Source of the DNA: a virus
Taxonomy: Duplodnaviria > Caudoviricetes
Length of the DNA stretch: 29,717 bases
Virus record (IMG/VR): IMGVR_UViG_3300007778_000025
Coordinates: 1-29,717 of that record
Reading direction: 5' to 3' (one strand)
Both the position numbers and the translations under genes were made by a program. Under the pieces are notes generated by a model. That model was not told the origin of the DNA, did not search any database, and was given only the letters and a program-made list of their open reading frames with translations. Below, in pieces: positions 26,059 through 29,717 of this stretch; position 1 is the stretch's first letter; each line of letters starts with the position of its first letter.

Positions 26059-27284
26059 TACTGCCTCGTAATGGTGGTATCACCTTGTTCGTTAACAACA
26101 ATGCTTTGCGTAATATTCCCCGCAGATCGTGTCGTTTGAGTCACCGTCATTGGTTTCCCTGCAACAAGTCCGTGAATAGAGCGAATTTCGTCTAGATGTT
26201 TAGTTACAGTTTCGTCGTCGACGGTGGCTGTATATCCGGCCTCGTATTCAACTTCGCCCATGCCGTAAATACCAAAATCACCTGCCGCTAAGTCAGACTC
26301 GATATGAACGTGCCCTGCCGCGAGATCAACGTGAGCACGGACTGCTGGCATAGTGCAGCCAGAAAGTCCTAAGTTGCCGGAATAGCGAGTCACAACGAGA
26401 TCGCAGGTGACACCGGGTGGCCATATAATATAAGGGTATAAGCCTTCCGCTTCTTTAGCTGTTCCGGTATAACAGTTAGCCATTACACAAGTAGTGCCTT
26501 CGCCTAACGTAACATCACCGATAATCGCGCTTTCGTAAATATATCCGTTAATGTGTAATAGATCATTCACAATACAATCGCGGACAACGTTGTTGTTATC
26601 TAACACCCCTGTAACCGTGGCATTTCTGAACGTCGCGTTGTCTACTTCAGCGGGGGCAAGAATTGTAATAGTCGAATGGTTGGGGTTGTCGCCTAAAAAT
26701 TCATACCCATTGATATAAACACCAGCGTCGATGGTGAGATCCCCGACAATAACGAACTTTTTAATGCCCCTAAAGTCAGCAATAGCTTTCGCATCGAAAA
26801 GGTTATTAACAGGATATCCACGGGTTCCAATAGGGAAAGTCGTGCCAGAAAAGTTCGAAGTAACGTCAATCGTCACGCCGCCCTCACTGAATGATGCGGC
26901 TTGTAGTGATGTTAGATCCTGTAGACCCGCGCTGTTCGCCGTCCTAACGCCCACGTTGTTGATGTTAACTTTGTCAGCAATGTTAGAGTTGCCGTTAGTG
27001 ACGTTGACCGCATATTGTCCGTCTTCAAACGTAACAGAGTATGGGTCAAGAACCTCGACAACCTGTGCTAACGTTACACCAGAAATCGTTGTTGGGCCTT
27101 TGTAGTTATGCGTAGAGGGATGCACCATACCTAACGCATCATCTTCTAAAGCGCGCAGCGCAACGTGTAACTCCGTTAAGTCAAGTTGGCGTACTTCAAT
27201 TGGGTTAGACTGTAGCAATAGCATGTCAGCACGAGCGATATTGATCGTGTATGTTGCCCAGTCTATTGATAAGTTTAACGCCAT
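26058..27284 (-). CDS. Hypothetical structural protein with central beta-helix-like region
   Basis: 408-aa beta-rich ORF. NATFRNATVTGVLDNNNVVRDCIV-type periodicity and C-term HGL...PMTVT.TTRSAG.ITQ. Confidence 0.7.
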   Translation of the reverse strand: MALNLSIDWATYTINIARADMLLLQSNPIEVRQLDLTELHVALRALEDDALGMVHPSTHNYKGPTTISGVTLAQVVEVLDPYSVTFEDGQYAVNVTNGNSNIADKVNINNVGVRTANSAGLQDLTSLQAASFSEGGVTIDVTSNFSGTTFPIGTRGYPVNNLFDAKAIADFRGIKKFVIVGDLTIDAGVYINGYEFLGDNPNHSTITILAPAEVDNATFRNATVTGVLDNNNVVRDCIVNDLLHINGYIYESAIIGDVTLGEGTTCVMANCYTGTAKEAEGLYPYIIWPPGVTCDLVVTRYSGNLGLSGCTMPAVRAHVDLAAGHVHIESDLAAGDFGIYGMGEVEYEAGYTATVDDETVTKHLDEIRSIHGLVAGKPMTVTQTTRSAGNITQSIVVNEQGDTTITRQ

Positions 27285-27288
27285 TGTA

Positions 27289-27483
27289 TTATCTCATATT
27301 CGCTATTGCGTTAAGTAACGACCTAAGCTCTGATATTTCATTATGCAGCGTCGCTACCGTTCTACGTAACCCTTCAATCTCGGCATGTAGTCTGTCGCTG
27401 CGAACACGTTCTAACTTCATGGCCTCATTGAGGGCAATGATATTGCGCTTATTAAGTATGACACCTTCGCTCTCAACATTCAT
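27289..27483 (-). CDS. Small coiled-coil protein
   Basis: Heptads LHAEIEGLRRTVATLHNEISELRSLL. TAATG coupling. Confidence 0.7.
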   Translation of the reverse strand: MNVESEGVILNKRNIIALNEAMKLERVRSDRLHAEIEGLRRTVATLHNEISELRSLLNAIANMR

Positions 27484-29060
27484 TACTGATCCAAACTTAA
27501 AATAGCTGTGGAGCTAAAACCGGATGATGTAATCGTCCCAGAGATTGGCCCTTGTTTATAGTATGGCGCACTAGAAGACTTACGTGCCCACCCATAGACA
27601 GCTTCATCCGCTGTATACGTGTACGCGGTATTCTGTACTACCCCGTTTGCATCAGTGAGGGCGTTAAAGATCACGCTGTCATCTGAGACACGAGCTAAGT
27701 AGACACGTGCATTCTCTAGCTTAGTGCCATCTGCTGTTTGTGCCGTTACCTTAACAGTCACTGCACCAGAGACAATGTTAACTGTACCTGTACCTAAGTT
27801 ATGTACAGATAGACCACTGCCCTCGTTATTGATCGTCAGTGTGACCCCGTTATTGACGGTCACAACGATTAACTCATCACCACTAGAAGCATCAGTGTAT
27901 CCACTGGCGCTGCTATTCCACGTCATAGACGTATTGGAAGAGATCGTCCCAAGATTGATCCCATAGCCTGTACCGTCAGAGACAAACGTACAAGCATCAA
28001 AGTCATCTAACGAGCTAGCAACTACGGGAGCTGTTAGCTTATTTAATGTACAAGATGTCATTGTACCTGTCAGTGTAATAGCACCGCACAAGTTAAAGGT
28101 AGATCCTGTAAGTGCGTTAGCAATAGTGGAGGTTCCACCAGACTGGAATACCACACCACTAATACTGTTACCACTCGCTGTGGTTAATGTGTTAAACGCA
28201 GCTAAAGAACCACCAGACATGGTGAAGGATGTCGCTCCAGAGGAATCGAAGTCATAAGACACAGCGCCTACTGATGATACGTTGCTATTGTTAAAAACCA
28301 CCGTACCAGTGATATCCATGTTGTAGATATAAGAGCCGCCCACTGTATCGGTAAACACTAAGGTTTCCGCATCCGAGGTTTGCGCTGTTCCGCTAAACTC
28401 AATGCTTCCCTGACTAAAGATAATACCGTTTTCTAATTTCAATATGCCTATAGCGGTGTTGTCGTCAACAATGGCCGATTCAGTAAACAAAGCATCGCCT
28501 GTGGTGGTACCCTGAAACGTCAGCCCTGTACCGACATCTATCGCATCGACCACCATATTATCAAAACGAGTTGTAGTGCCGCCCACATCGCATACAAAAC
28601 CTACGGCATCAATGCTACTGATCGTAGCTGCTGCCCCTGAGTTTTCGAAAGGTGCTTTAGTTGTATCGATTGCCCACTTAACGAAGCCGCCAGAGTAAGT
28701 GTCACTACCCGCTACGTTATAGTAATTCGTATTGGAACCCGTGGTCAGCGCAATCTGCATACCACCATTGGCTTTAGTGAATGCTGAACCTGCCGCCAGA
28801 AACGCGCCCCATAAATATACAATCTGATTTGTTAGGTTTTGGGATGATCCGGTGTACCTAAGTTCTACCCTCTGCTTGTTCGCAATGGAAGCCACGGCAT
28901 TGTTGCCTTCAGCTACAAGGTCAATACTACCTACAGAAGCAAATGCAGATGGGGAGCCACCTGACCCTTCAATCTTAATAGCAGACCAACCTGTCAACGA
29001 GTCAGCGTTACTCAATCGTGAGACTGAATAAGTGCCACCAGTGTTGATTGAAACAGCCAT
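27483..29060 (-). CDS. S/T/G-rich structural protein (beta-sandwich, beta-helix and C-terminal Ig-like domain)
   Basis: 525 aa with GGAG SD. C-term VTVKVTAQTADGTKLENARVYL...ARKSSSAPYYKQGPISGTITSSG. Confidence 0.75.
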   Translation of the reverse strand: MAVSINTGGTYSVSRLSNADSLTGWSAIKIEGSGGSPSAFASVGSIDLVAEGNNAVASIANKQRVELRYTGSSQNLTNQIVYLWGAFLAAGSAFTKANGGMQIALTTGSNTNYYNVAGSDTYSGGFVKWAIDTTKAPFENSGAAATISSIDAVGFVCDVGGTTTRFDNMVVDAIDVGTGLTFQGTTTGDALFTESAIVDDNTAIGILKLENGIIFSQGSIEFSGTAQTSDAETLVFTDTVGGSYIYNMDITGTVVFNNSNVSSVGAVSYDFDSSGATSFTMSGGSLAAFNTLTTASGNSISGVVFQSGGTSTIANALTGSTFNLCGAITLTGTMTSCTLNKLTAPVVASSLDDFDACTFVSDGTGYGINLGTISSNTSMTWNSSASGYTDASSGDELIVVTVNNGVTLTINNEGSGLSVHNLGTGTVNIVSGAVTVKVTAQTADGTKLENARVYLARVSDDSVIFNALTDANGVVQNTAYTYTADEAVYGWARKSSSAPYYKQGPISGTITSSGFSSTAILSLDQ

Positions 29061-29077
29061 AGGGTCTCCAAAAGATT

Positions 29078-29096
29078 AGGGGAGCTAAGCTCCCCT
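29078..29096 (-). terminator. GC-rich hairpin, weak terminator or attenuator
   Basis: Minus strand AGGGGAGC-TTA-GCTCCCCT followed by AATCTTTT and the next SD. Confidence 0.6.
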
Positions 29097-29104
29097 TATT
29101 AAGC

Positions 29105-29716
29105 TTAAAGGTCTGAGGTGCGAATCGCCGATACCGAACCGCCTGAAGCGCCCAACGTAGCAGGAGTTTCAAAGGTCTTAATCGGAGATGCGCCGCCATC
29201 ACGTACACGGACAAACAGATCACGTGGTGCACTATATACCACAGTGAACGAAGCGCTTGCCGCACCCGCTAGGGCATCGATGTAAGTGATGTAAGCATTG
29301 TTACCGTTAGATACTGCGTCGTTCTCGGCTGTGCCTGAGAAGTCGTAGCTGCTAATAGTAAACGTATCACCTGAGAAGCTAGAGTAGGTTAACAACACAT
29401 GGAAACCACTGTCGTTGATAACACGTAACGTACCAGAGGCTGGAGTATCTGTTGGAATAGAAGTTGTCATCTGAATCGATGTTACCGCTGCGCCATTGAT
29501 GGGGCCAACCACTGAAAGCTGTGCTGTATCCAACGCACTGCCTGTACCGGGGCCAACCAATACTCGGTCTTCACCAGACACCAAACCAGATACAGTGAAC
29601 TGTACGTTGTTTGGAGGAGCAACGAGACCACCCGTTAACTGAGTGAGTGAATCGCTTGCCGACAAGTCTGCACCGTCAACACCGATACCGTAAGCACCGA
29701 TCAATGCTGAACCTGT
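29105..29716 (-). CDS. Structural protein, 5'-truncated by the window edge
   Basis: The frame stays open upstream of the track's TTG (...TGSALIGAYG...). Beta-rich, ending RVRDGGASPIKTFETPATLGASGGSVSAIRTSDL. Confidence 0.75.
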   Translation of the reverse strand, partial: TGSALIGAYGIGVDGADLSASDSLTQLTGGLVAPPNNVQFTVSGLVSGEDRVLVGPGTGSALDTAQLSVVGPINGAAVTSIQMTTSIPTDTPASGTLRVINDSGFHVLLTYSSFSGDTFTISSYDFSGTAENDAVSNGNNAYITYIDALAGAASASFTVVYSAPRDLFVRVRDGGASPIKTFETPATLGASGGSVSAIRTSDL

Positions 29717-29717
29717 A

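Larger units (their letters stand above)
1..29717 (-). mobile_element. Tailed dsDNA phage (podovirus-like) virion morphogenesis and lysis region
   Basis: Co-oriented, tightly coupled genes (TAATG overlaps at 1455, 4268, 17723, 21012, 26058, 27483) for scaffold, capsid, adaptors, nozzle, fibres, holin, lysozyme and ejection proteins. No tape measure, sheath or host genes. Free phage versus prophage cannot be determined. Confidence 0.95.

Noticed and set aside
1596-27966. All other plus-strand ORFs in the track
   Set aside because: Each lies opposite a well-supported minus-strand gene and has no recognisable motif.
1502-29265. Alternate-frame minus-strand ORFs (1502, 1760, 12317, 15482, 16114, 21797, 24053, 25848, 29008)
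   Set aside because: They are nested in longer genes with no motifs or lipobox, so there is no support for overprinted genes or an embedded spanin.
1-29717. tRNA, rRNA, integrase, att site, intron or intein
   Set aside because: None recognised. Intergenic gaps are short and show no cloverleaf.

Overview
The whole window is the late (virion) region of a tailed dsDNA phage with podovirus-type architecture, and every credible gene is on the minus strand. In transcription order (right to left): a 5-gene cassette of beta-rich structural-looking proteins (25450->29717); a small protein, scaffold and major capsid protein with its terminator; two head-tail adaptors; four fibre/appendage proteins; a separately promoted modification cassette (hypothetical, GT-A glycosyltransferase, sulfotransferase, GT9-like glycosyltransferase, DUF6165-like protein) running into a Cys-rich 919-aa fibre; a lysis cassette with its own promoter and terminators; the tail nozzle; a 1564-aa mosaic fibre with accessory proteins; a GNAT; and two ejection proteins. 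The strongest leads are (1) a putative glycosylation plus sulfation system beside a likely Cys-rich fibre substrate, (2) a single in-frame TGA followed by a hairpin in the otherwise intact sulfotransferase, and (3) the 5-gene cassette upstream of the head genes. All family assignments come from motif recognition by eye. No searches were run, and counts are manual.
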